Source of the DNA: Myxococcota bacterium
Lineage (GTDB): Bacteria > Myxococcota_A > UBA796 > SXON01
NCBI GenBank assembly: GCA_040386535.1
Contig: JAZKFH010000063.1
Coordinates: forward strand, 1 to 64,000
Direction of reading: 5' to 3'
DNA length: 64,000 nt
The notes beneath the pieces were generated by a model. The model searched no databases, had not been told where the DNA came from, and saw only the letters and a program-made list of their open reading frames with translations. This document shows positions 1 to 8,534 of the stretch, piece after piece (the first letter of the stretch is position 1; each line of letters starts with the position of its first letter). The translations under genes were made by a program, and so were the position numbers.

Positions 1-42
1 TACCCCAAGAAAAGGATCGGCCAACCTCAGGATTCCTCCTAA

Positions 43-363
43 GTCAGCGGCATTGGTGGATATCCGTCGGAATCGGCCGCTTGGCACAAGATTGCGAAAG
101 CCGCTTGCCGCTTTGCAGCAGGCGCCCCCGACCGGGAGCGAGGCTCGTTGTTCCAAGCGTTACTCGACCCGTCACCAAAGGGTTGGAGTTCCGCAATCGG
201 CGAGGTTCCACCCCTCTTCATTGAGACTGTTGCCCTCGCGAAAGAGCGCCTCGAGGGGGAGCGCGAGCCGGACTTGATTCCGTTCCGACGATGGCAGCTT
301 GAGCGAGCGGAGGCCGATCTCGCCTGGCAAACAGAACACGCCAAAGAGGAACGCGGTGAATGA
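43..363 (+). CDS. C-terminal part of an unknown protein; 5' end truncated or frameshifted near the window edge
   Basis: Frame 1 is open from 43 to TGA 361-363 (…GYPSESAAWHKIAKAAC…AKEERGE). Its stop overlaps the ATG of the next gene (ATGA), which suggests coupling. An in-frame TAA at 40-42 blocks extension upstream. Confidence 0.5.
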   Translation, partial: VSGIGGYPSESAAWHKIAKAACRFAAGAPDRERGSLFQALLDPSPKGWSSAIGEVPPLFIETVALAKERLEGEREPDLIPFRRWQLERAEADLAWQTEHAKEERGE

Positions 364-1154
364 TACTACTTGAGGACCGGATTGCATCCGCTCGCGCAGC
401 GTTGAATGAGGTTTCGGCGACACTCGACAAAGGGCCGACCCTACCGGCCCAGCTCACGGAACAGCTACGTCAGCTCGCGGCCTTCGAAGGTTCATTATCC
501 CACGCGGGCTCGATCATTGCAGCTCGCGAAGCGGCATTTCAGGCCCTGACTGGCTTGGAAGCCACTATCGAGGGTGGCAATCAAGTGCCGTTCTTTGGCG
601 TGTCCATCCCCTTCCATCAAGCACGCTTCCTACTGCTCCAGGCCTACGTCTCTTCATACTGGTCACTCGCGGACCTAGTTACCGCAGTCGCGGGTAGGTT
701 CTTGTGCTTGGAGAGTGTGGGTAAGAACGACGCTCATCCGCCGAAGTTGTGGGAGCACTTTGTTCGCGATACAAAGTGTATTCCCAGCGACTTCTCAGCT
801 CTGCTTCGTCATAGTTACGGACTGCCCGTCGCAGTTTCGTACGCGTTGCGGAACCACTTCGTCCACGACGGCGCGCAGAACAACGGGACGTCATTTTTCA
901 CCTCCAATGGCGCCGCTAACTTCGAAATTTCCGACCCTGGCTGGCTATTTCTCGAACGCAAAGTGTTCAATGAGTATGGAGTTACCCAGGCTCGGACGCT
1001 CGCACCCGAGCCTTGGCCCTGGCCCAAGGATGATGTGCGGAAAGTCCTCGCCATTTGTGGACGCGAGGTTGACGCCGCGTTGGGCATCGTCATTCGACAA
1101 GCGGCGGTCGGCTTTCGCCTGCAAGTCGGTCATTTGCTCGACGGCCGGCAGTAG
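360..1154 (+). CDS. Putative HEPN-domain protein (candidate RNase toxin or defence effector), 264 aa
   Basis: Apparently helical protein with an R-N-x3-H motif (YALRNHFVHDG, R164/H169, nt 849-866), typical of HEPN nucleases. GC is lower than in the rest of the window. Confidence 0.6.
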   Translation: MILLEDRIASARAALNEVSATLDKGPTLPAQLTEQLRQLAAFEGSLSHAGSIIAAREAAFQALTGLEATIEGGNQVPFFGVSIPFHQARFLLLQAYVSSYWSLADLVTAVAGRFLCLESVGKNDAHPPKLWEHFVRDTKCIPSDFSALLRHSYGLPVAVSYALRNHFVHDGAQNNGTSFFTSNGAANFEISDPGWLFLERKVFNEYGVTQARTLAPEPWPWPKDDVRKVLAICGREVDAALGIVIRQAAVGFRLQVGHLLDGRQ

Positions 1155-1200
1155 CGGCATCGGCACGGCGCACCTTCATGGAACTGGCCGACGTGCCGCT

Positions 1201-1414
1201 CGAAACTGGCGAAGACGCCAGTTTCGGCCCGGGCGCGCCAAGCATAGTCGCGGTTCTCGACGGTGTCGAGGCGCGCCCGGGACATGCGCCCCCCGTCGAA
1301 GACGCCGGGGGGACGGGGCCAAGATGGCCCGCGCGCGGGGACGCGCGCGGAGGCCGCCTGCGCACGTCGGCAGCCGTCGTCGCGTTCTTCGACAGGACGC
1401 CATCTCCCGTCGAA
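1201..1414 (+). other. Cluster of predicted stem-loops (candidate structured ncRNA and/or terminator)
   Basis: Stems at 1201-1226 (11 bp perfect, AAGA loop), 1228-1239/1270-1281 (12 bp), 1289-1312, 1316-1330, 1329-1350 and 1388-1414. Confidence 0.4.
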
Positions 1415-1507
1415 CATCGGCGCAGTTGCCACGACGCATGTACTGGTTCCTCAACCTGCTCCCCTGCCTCGCCACCGTGTCGTCACTCAGGGCACGCGGC
1501 GGGCGCT

Positions 1508-2137
1508 CCAGGGAAGGTCGGGACCTTGCCTCTCGGGTGGTCGACCACGTGCCAGGAAGGTCCGGACCTTGCCCCTCGGGTGGTCGACCACGTGCCCAGG
1601 AAGGTAGGGACCTTGCCCCTCGGGAGGTCGACCATGTACCCAGGAAGGTCGGGACCTTGCCTCGGGGTGGTCGACCCCGTGCCCGGGAAGGTCGGGACCT
1701 TGCCTCGGGGTGGTCGACCCCGTGCCCAGGAAGGTCGGGACCTTGCATTTCGGGTGGTCGACCACGTGCCCAGGACGGTCGGGACCCTGCCGCTCGGGGG
1801 GTCGACCACGGCCGTGAAGGGTCGGGACCCTGCCTCTCGGGGGGTCGACCACGGCCGCAAGGGGTCGGGACCCTGGCTCTCGCGTGGTCGACCACGTGCC
1901 CAGGAGGGTCGGGACCCTGCCGCTCGGGGGGTCGACCACGGCCGTGAAGGGTCGGGACCCTGCCGCTCGGGGGGTCGACCACGGCCGCAAGGGGTCGGGA
2001 CCCTGCCTCTGGGGGGGTCGACCACGGCCGCAAGGGGTCGGGACCCTGCCTCTCGGGGGGGGCGACCACGGCCGCGAAGGGTCGGGATCCTGCCTCTCGC
2101 GTGGTCGACCACGTGCCTGGGATGGCCAGGACCTTGC
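1508..2137. repeat. Non-coding tandem array of about 14 units of 43-44 bp plus a partial 15th
   Basis: Consensus is about GGAAGGTCGGGACCTTGCCTCTCGGGTGGTCGACCACGTGCCCA. The GTCGAC core recurs from 1540 to 2104 with a mean period of 43.4 bp, and neither unit length is a multiple of 3. Confidence 0.95.
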
Positions 2138-2227
2138 GATCTGCCCGGGACATGCACCCCCCCGACGATCAGCACGTCGACCTGCGTGAGGCGCCGCACC
2201 GCGACGCGGCCCCCACTGGAGTGGAGC

Positions 2228-2431
2228 CTACAGCAGGACAGGACCGTAGGCGAGAGCCTCGTCCACCACTTGCTCCGCCGTGAGCTCCCGTGTGTCGTGG
2301 TATACGAGATCGGTCCAGGTGGGGTGCGGGACCGCGCGGCTGACTTGGGCGATCAAGTTGCTGATCTCGGCCTCCGAGTCATCAGCGTCCATGATTCGGC
2401 GAACAGCGCTAATCAGCTCGCTTCTCGTCAC
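2228..2431 (-). CDS. Bacteriocin (colicin/pyocin-type) immunity-like protein, 67 aa
   Basis: GTG start. MTRSELISAVRRIMDADDSEAEISNLIAQVSRAVPHPTWTDLVYHDTRELTAEQVVDEALAY matches the Im-family pattern (…HP…DLxY…E.VV). Confidence 0.7.
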   Translation of the reverse strand: MTRSELISAVRRIMDADDSEAEISNLIAQVSRAVPHPTWTDLVYHDTRELTAEQVVDEALAYGPVLL

Positions 2432-2503
2432 AGGGAACACTATCGTGGAACCGCGCGATGCATGACGTGAGCGCCGGTCTGCCCGCCTGCTACCATCCCC
2501 CGC

Positions 2504-4309
2504 ATGCTCCTCCTCCCCGCCCTCCTCGCCTGCACCGGCGCCACCCCCGACGACACCGCCCTGGTCGACGACGGCTGCGTCCACCCCATCTGGGAAGGCG
2601 CGTGGCCCTTCCCGTCGAACAAGCTGGTCACACGTGACACCACGTCGCCGACCGGTGTGTCGCTCACGCTCGACGAGTCGCTCGTCCCGATGACGCGCAA
2701 CGATGTCGTCTCGCTCGATGTCACGCACCTCACCGGCCTCGACGGGTTCTCGCGCGTCGCGCCGGTGGTCGTACAACTCGACACCCCGGTTGACCCCGCC
2801 GCCTTTGGTGTCGTCTCCGATGCCGCGGCGCCCATCGGCATCCTCGATGTCGACGCCGGCGTGTTCGTGGCCGCGCGGCTCGCCGTCACGGCGGATGGGA
2901 CCACGCTCACCGCCTGGCCCGACGTGGCGCTGCGCCCGGGCGCGCTCCACGCCATCGTGCTGCGGGAGGACCTGCCGACGGATTCCTGCTTCTCCGCCGG
3001 GCCCGCCATCGACGCGGCCGAGCTGGCGGGGGACGCCCTCGCCGACGAGATGGGCGCCGCGCGCGCCGCGCTCGACAGCGCCGGGATCAGCGGGGCGGCC
3101 GCGGTCATCCCGTTCACGACGCGGTCCGTCGCGAGCGAAGCGGTGACGATGAACGCGCTCGCCGCTGCCACCCCGGCCCTGCTCACCCAAGGCGACCTCA
3201 CCATCGACAGCGTCGCCGATTGTGACACCGAGGCGGCGGATGTTTATTGTGGCACCGGAGTGGCGCTCGTGGTGCGCGGCGTGGCCTCGCTCCCGACGTG
3301 GCAGGGGCCGACGGGCGCGTTCGTGACGGATTCGCAGGGGGTGCCGGCGCCGCAGGGGGGCGAGCCCGTAACGTATTGGTTGATGGTGCCGGAGGAGGGG
3401 CGCACGGCGCCGGTTCCGTTGGTGGTGCTCCAACACGGGCTCGGCAGCTCCGCGGAGGACATGACGGCGCTCGGGCGGAAGCTGACCGACGGCGGGCTCG
3501 CGGTGGTGGCGATCGACGCGGTGGCCCACGGCGACCGCCCGCGGGAGGGGAACACCACGACCGCCTTCTTCGGCGTCGATCTCGCGCAGTGGCAGGTGGC
3601 GTGGGCGCGCGACAACATCCGGCAGACCGCGGCGGACCACCTCGCCCTCCGCACGCTCGTCTCGATGGTGTCGGACACGGGTGGGTTCGCCGCTCACGGG
3701 TTCGCGCTCGACGCCGAGAACGCCAGCTACGTTGGGCAGTCGCTCGGCGGCATCATCGGGGCGAGCACCTGCGCGCTCGACACGGGGCTCGACCGGTGCG
3801 TGCTCAACGTGCCCGGCGGGCGCCTAATCGAGATCGTGCGCGCGAACGTGGCGTACGCGGCCTTGATGAACATCTACTTCGACAAGGAGGAGCAGGCCGC
3901 GGAGATTGAGCTGTTCAGCGCGATGGCGCAGATCATCGTCGACCCGGGCGACCCCGCCGTCGTGGCCTCGCGCATCCTCGGCGTGGCACCGGCGCGGCCC
4001 GTGCTCGTGCAGGAGGCCATCCACGACGACACCGTGGTCAACCAGACCACCGAGCTGCTGGCGCGATCGATGGGCCTGCCCCTGCTCGACCCCTCGCTCG
4101 AGCCCATCACCGGGCTCTCCCTCGTCGCCATGCCGGTGTTCGACAACGTGGAGGGGGCCGACGGGGCGCTCGTCACCGCGGGCCTCAGCCAGTTCGACGA
4201 GGGGCACGGGTTCCTGACCGGGGCCAGCGCGGAATCGGAGCGCGGCGTCCGGCAGACCCTGACCTTCCTGCTCGACGGGAGGATCGAGACGGCCGAGCTC
4301 GGTGACTGA
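2504..4309 (+). CDS. Lipoprotein alpha/beta hydrolase (extracellular lipase-like)
   Basis: Lipobox LLA-C10, HGLG oxyanion motif, GQSLGG nucleophile elbow and a C-terminal His (GHGFL). Confidence 0.8.
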   Translation: MLLLPALLACTGATPDDTALVDDGCVHPIWEGAWPFPSNKLVTRDTTSPTGVSLTLDESLVPMTRNDVVSLDVTHLTGLDGFSRVAPVVVQLDTPVDPAAFGVVSDAAAPIGILDVDAGVFVAARLAVTADGTTLTAWPDVALRPGALHAIVLREDLPTDSCFSAGPAIDAAELAGDALADEMGAARAALDSAGISGAAAVIPFTTRSVASEAVTMNALAAATPALLTQGDLTIDSVADCDTEAADVYCGTGVALVVRGVASLPTWQGPTGAFVTDSQGVPAPQGGEPVTYWLMVPEEGRTAPVPLVVLQHGLGSSAEDMTALGRKLTDGGLAVVAIDAVAHGDRPREGNTTTAFFGVDLAQWQVAWARDNIRQTAADHLALRTLVSMVSDTGGFAAHGFALDAENASYVGQSLGGIIGASTCALDTGLDRCVLNVPGGRLIEIVRANVAYAALMNIYFDKEEQAAEIELFSAMAQIIVDPGDPAVVASRILGVAPARPVLVQEAIHDDTVVNQTTELLARSMGLPLLDPSLEPITGLSLVAMPVFDNVEGADGALVTAGLSQFDEGHGFLTGASAESERGVRQTLTFLLDGRIETAELGD

Positions 4310-4403
4310 TTGTTCGTGGAGGCAATGTCATGTTCCTTAGCTCTTGCGGTTTCGCGTGGGCGAGCGAGCGCCCCCGCCGCTAAGCTGCCGTAGAGGCCCT
4401 CCC

Positions 4404-5669
4404 ATGCTCCTGCTGCTCGCCGCGTCCTCCCTCGCCGCCCCCCTGTTCACCGACCTCGGGTTCGTCGTCACCGCGCCCGAGTCCGGCAGCTTCGCGCGCG
4501 GTGTGAACGCGCCGACCGTAGCGTGGGACGGCGCGCAGTACGTCATGTACTTCGAGTCGCTCTCGGCGGTGGAGGACACGCCCGCCGACTGCGCCAACAG
4601 CTACGCGATCGGACGCGCGACCTCGCCCGACGGGCTCGCCTGGACGATCGACGAGGCGCCGGTGCTCGCCCCCGACCAGGTGGACGTGGTCTCGGTCTAC
4701 TCCTGCTCCGTGGCCCAGCCCGCGGTCGTCTTCGCCGACGGCGTGTTCCACCTGCTCTTCACGATGGGCGACGAGAAGCAGGACAGCGGGTCGACCATCA
4801 ACCGCGCCGCCGGCATCGGCTACGCCACCAGCACGGACGGCGTGTCCTTCACCGTCGTGACCGCGCCCACCCCGATCGGGGACGCGGAAGACGGTACCCC
4901 GACCGGCGAGTGGCACGCGCCGGACGGGGGCTCGGTCAGCACGAACGTCGGCATGCCGAGCATGACGCTGATCAACGACACGTTGTTCGTCACGTACGTC
5001 GGCGGCACGAGCATGTACGCCGCGAAGTACGACACCGCGACCAACCAGTGGAGCCTCTGGGACACCGCGGTCTCGTCGCCCTGGCTCGGCACCGAGTGGG
5101 CGGCGTACGGCGTGTTCTCCCCGGCGCTCTACTGCACGAACGACACGCTCGGCCTGCTCGTGGGCGGCTACGAGGACGCGACCTATGGCCCGCGCGGCGT
5201 CGGGCTCGCCAGCTCCACCGATCTGGTCACCTGGGAGGTTGGCGCCGCGCTCCCCGCGGACGCCGCGCCCTTCGCGTCGCTCAACCACGTCGAGGTGATG
5301 CCGGTCGGCGGCGACTCCCTCGTGTTCTACGGGATGACCGACCCGTCGACCGGCAAGAAGGGCGTCGGCCTCGCCGCTACTTCCACCACGTGGGGCACGC
5401 CGGACGCGCGGGCCTGCGAGTGGGAGATCATCGACACCGGCGGTGGGGACGCCGACACGGACACGGACTCGGACACGGACACCGACACCGATTCGGACAC
5501 CGACACCGATACGGATACCGACACCGACTCCGACACGGACACCGATTCCGGCGACACGGGGACGCCGACCGACGACGAGGGATGCAACTGCTCGACGGGC
5601 GGGAGCAACGCGGGGATGCTTGCGGCGGCGCTCGGGGCGCTAGCGCTGGTCCGGCGGCGGCGCAAGTAG
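4404..5669 (+). CDS. Secreted five-bladed beta-propeller glycosidase-like protein with Asp-Thr linker and MYXO-CTERM
   Basis: Repeated P.V.-DG..Y.M.F and IG.ATS.DG..W blades, a (DT)n tract at about 5446-5560, and a C-terminal GCNCSTGG-TM-RRRRK. Confidence 0.7.
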   Translation: MLLLLAASSLAAPLFTDLGFVVTAPESGSFARGVNAPTVAWDGAQYVMYFESLSAVEDTPADCANSYAIGRATSPDGLAWTIDEAPVLAPDQVDVVSVYSCSVAQPAVVFADGVFHLLFTMGDEKQDSGSTINRAAGIGYATSTDGVSFTVVTAPTPIGDAEDGTPTGEWHAPDGGSVSTNVGMPSMTLINDTLFVTYVGGTSMYAAKYDTATNQWSLWDTAVSSPWLGTEWAAYGVFSPALYCTNDTLGLLVGGYEDATYGPRGVGLASSTDLVTWEVGAALPADAAPFASLNHVEVMPVGGDSLVFYGMTDPSTGKKGVGLAATSTTWGTPDARACEWEIIDTGGGDADTDTDSDTDTDTDSDTDTDTDTDTDSDTDTDSGDTGTPTDDEGCNCSTGGSNAGMLAAALGALALVRRRRK

Positions 5670-5721
5670 GGGCGCGGGCCGCGCCCTCCCCGGCCTGTGG
5701 GAGAGGGCGCTCCGAGCGCCC

Positions 5722-7119
5722 TCAGATATGCGCGCTCTTCCCCAACGCCACGGCCACCGCCTCGTACATCGCCTCGCCCATCGTGGGGTGCGCGAACACG
5801 ACGTGGAGGAACGCCTCGGCGGTCATCTCGGCGGCGCGGGCCATCACGAACGTGGAGAGCAGCTCGCTCGCGTCGTGACCGATGATGTGCGCACCGAGGA
5901 TCTCGCCGTACTTCTTGCCGACGAGCACCTTCACGAAGCCCTCGGTGTGGGCGGTGCCGCGTGCCTTGCCGTTCGCGGAGAAGGGGTAGCTCCCGACGGC
6001 GAAGTCGAGGCCCTTGGCCTTGGCGGCCTCTTCCGTGAGGCCGACGCTGGCGATCTGCGGCTGGCAGTATGTGGCGGCGGGCATGTTGCCGTAGTCCACG
6101 TCGGGGCTGTGCTTGCCGGCGATGCGGTCGATGCACGTGTGGGCCTCGGCGTAGGCCGTGTGCGCCAGCGCGGGGCCGCCGCACACGTCGCCGATGGCGT
6201 AGAAGCCGGGAACGTTGGTGCGATACGACGAGTCGTGGGCGATGAAGCCCTTCTCGAGCTTGATGCCGACCTTGTCGAGGCCGATGTTCTCGGTGTTGGG
6301 CGCGATGCCGACCGAGATGAGGCACACCTCGGCGCGCAGCTCGCGGCCGTCCTGGAGGGTGACCAGCACGCCGTCGCCGTCGCGGGTCACGCTCTTGCAG
6401 AACGTGCCGACCTCGGTCTTGATGCCGAGCTTCTTGTAGGCCTTGGCGAGCTCCGCGGAGACCTCGTGGTCCTCCAGCGGGCAGAGGCGGGAGAGCCCCT
6501 CGACCACGGTGACGTCGGCGCCGAAGGCGTTCCAGAAGTACGCGAACTCGAGCCCGATGGCGCCCGAGCCGAGCACGATGGCGGACTTCGCCGGTGTCGT
6601 GCCGACGATGGCCTCGCGGTAGGTGAGGATCTTCTCGCCGTCGGGCACGATCCCGGGGAACGTGCGGGCGCGGGCCCCCGTCGCGATGACGATGTGCTTG
6701 GCCTCGTGGACTTCCTCACCGTCCTTCGTCTTGACGCGGACCGTGCCGCCGCCCGTCGGGAGCGCGCTCTCGATCGTGGCGGTGCCGCTGATCGAGGTGA
6801 CACCGTACTTCTGGAAGAGGAACTTGACGCCGCGCTCGGACTGGTCCGCCACGCGGCGGGAGCGCTTCACGACGGCGGCGAAGTCGGCGCGCGGGTTGTC
6901 GCAGGCCAGGCCGAACGCCGCGGTCTCGTCCTTGAGGAACAGGAAGTGCTCCGCCGCCTTGAGCAGCGCCTTGCTGGGGATGCAACCCCAGTTGAGGCAC
7001 ACGCCGCCGAGCTTCTCCTTTTCGATACACGCGGCCTTGAGGCCGAGCTGCTGTGCGCGGATGGCCGCGACGTAGCCGCCCGGGCCGGAGCCGATGACCA
7101 GCACATCGAACGTCGCCAT
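5722..7119 (-). CDS. lpdA: Dihydrolipoyl dehydrogenase (E3)
   Basis: GSGPGG, GGVCLNWGCIPSK redox disulfide and HPTMGE motifs. Confidence 0.97.
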   Translation of the reverse strand: MATFDVLVIGSGPGGYVAAIRAQQLGLKAACIEKEKLGGVCLNWGCIPSKALLKAAEHFLFLKDETAAFGLACDNPRADFAAVVKRSRRVADQSERGVKFLFQKYGVTSISGTATIESALPTGGGTVRVKTKDGEEVHEAKHIVIATGARARTFPGIVPDGEKILTYREAIVGTTPAKSAIVLGSGAIGLEFAYFWNAFGADVTVVEGLSRLCPLEDHEVSAELAKAYKKLGIKTEVGTFCKSVTRDGDGVLVTLQDGRELRAEVCLISVGIAPNTENIGLDKVGIKLEKGFIAHDSSYRTNVPGFYAIGDVCGGPALAHTAYAEAHTCIDRIAGKHSPDVDYGNMPAATYCQPQIASVGLTEEAAKAKGLDFAVGSYPFSANGKARGTAHTEGFVKVLVGKKYGEILGAHIIGHDASELLSTFVMARAAEMTAEAFLHVVFAHPTMGEAMYEAVAVALGKSAHI

Positions 7120-8534
7120 CAGAGCACCATCAGCGCGGGCAGCTCGATGTAGCCGCGGAGCGCCTGCAGGAAGCGGGCGCCGAGCGCGCCGTCGATGACG
7201 CGGTGGTCACACGTCATCGTGGCCTTCAAACGCCAGCCGACCGCGAGCGTGCCGTCCTCGATCACCGGCACCTGCTGGAGGCTGCCGACGGCGAGGATGC
7301 CGGCCTCGGGGGGGTTGAGGATGGCGGTGAACTGGTCGATGTCGAACATGCCGAGGTTCGAGACGGAGAAGCTGCCGCCGGTGTACTCCTCGGCCGCCAG
7401 CTTGCCTTCCTTGGCGCGGCCCGCGAGCTCGCGCAGTTCGGCTCCGATCTGCCGCACGCCCTTCTTGTCCGCGTCGCGGATGACGGGCGTGATGAGGCCC
7501 TCGGGGAGCGCGACCGCCACGCCGACATCCACGCTGCCGCGGCGCACGATGTGGTCGCCCTGCCACGCGGCGTTGCACTCGGGCACGTCGACCAGCGCCT
7601 GCGCGACGGCCTTGAGCACCAGATCGTTGTAGCTGACCTTGATCCCGCGCTTGCCCGCCTGCTCCTTGAGCGCCACGAGGCCCGCGGCGTCGAACGTCAC
7701 GGTCAGGTAGAACACCGGCACGGACTGGTGCACCTCGGTCAGGCGGCGCGCGATCGTCTTGCGCATCTGGGTCGCGCGAACAGTCACGTCCTCACGACGA
7801 CCGGTAGCCACGCCCGCCGCGGTCGGCTTGGGTGCGGCGGCGGCAGCCTCGATGTCCGCGGCCACGACGCGCCCACCGGGGCCGGACCCCGCGATCTTCG
7901 CGAGGCTCACGCCCTTGTCGGCCGCCATCGCCTTGGCGAGCGGGCTCACCACGATCCGCGGCCCAGGCGCCACGTAGGGGCCCAGGGGCTCCATGATGCT
8001 GTCGGGGATGGGGTTGCCCATCCACGTGAGCTTCGGCACCTCGCCGGCCTTCTGCGGCACGTCCTGCGGCGCGCTCGGCTTGGGGGAGGGGGGCGCGTCG
8101 GCGACAGGCTTCGCGTCCTCCTTCTGGGGCGGCGCGGTCTCCGGGAGCTTGGCGGAGGCGGGCGCGGGCTGCTCCGACTCGCGGGGGCCGCCGCCGACAG
8201 GGGCGGGGGTGGGCGCAGCGGCCGCAGCCGCGGGGGCGGTGGCGGCTCCCTTCGACTTCTCGAATTCGGCCACGAGGGCGGAGACGTCCTCTCCCTTGGC
8301 CTTGCCGATGATCGCGATGGGGGCGCCCGCGGGCACCTCGGCGCCTTCGGGGACGAGATGCTTGAGCATCACGCCCTTGTCGAACACCTCGATGTCCATC
8401 GTGGCCTTGTCGGTCTCGACCTGGGCGATGACGCTCTGCGGAGAGAGCTCGGCGCCTTCGGCGGCGACCCACTTGGCGATGACACCCACCGTCATCGTGG
8501 GGGAAGCCTGCGGCATGACGAAGAATTCGGCCAT
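7119..8534 (-). CDS. pdhC: Pyruvate dehydrogenase E2 dihydrolipoamide acetyltransferase
   Basis: Lipoyl motif ETDKA, E3-binding GSGPGGRV and catalytic DHRVIDG. Confidence 0.95.
   Translation of the reverse strand: MAEFFVMPQASPTMTVGVIAKWVAAEGAELSPQSVIAQVETDKATMDIEVFDKGVMLKHLVPEGAEVPAGAPIAIIGKAKGEDVSALVAEFEKSKGAATAPAAAAAAPTPAPVGGGPRESEQPAPASAKLPETAPPQKEDAKPVADAPPSPKPSAPQDVPQKAGEVPKLTWMGNPIPDSIMEPLGPYVAPGPRIVVSPLAKAMAADKGVSLAKIAGSGPGGRVVAADIEAAAAAPKPTAAGVATGRREDVTVRATQMRKTIARRLTEVHQSVPVFYLTVTFDAAGLVALKEQAGKRGIKVSYNDLVLKAVAQALVDVPECNAAWQGDHIVRRGSVDVGVAVALPEGLITPVIRDADKKGVRQIGAELRELAGRAKEGKLAAEEYTGGSFSVSNLGMFDIDQFTAILNPPEAGILAVGSLQQVPVIEDGTLAVGWRLKATMTCDHRVIDGALGARFLQALRGYIELPALMVL

Noticed and set aside
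1508..2137. CRISPR array or TIGR-like guide array
   Set aside because: The segments between conserved cores are near-copies of each other rather than unique spacers, and no cas or Nop-domain gene is seen in the window.
715..2470. Long ORFs crossing the repeat array (e.g. 1178-2470, 715-1947, 1176-2153)
   Set aside because: The unit lengths are not multiples of 3, the same peptides cycle through all frames on both strands, and stops are simply scarce in GC-rich repeats.
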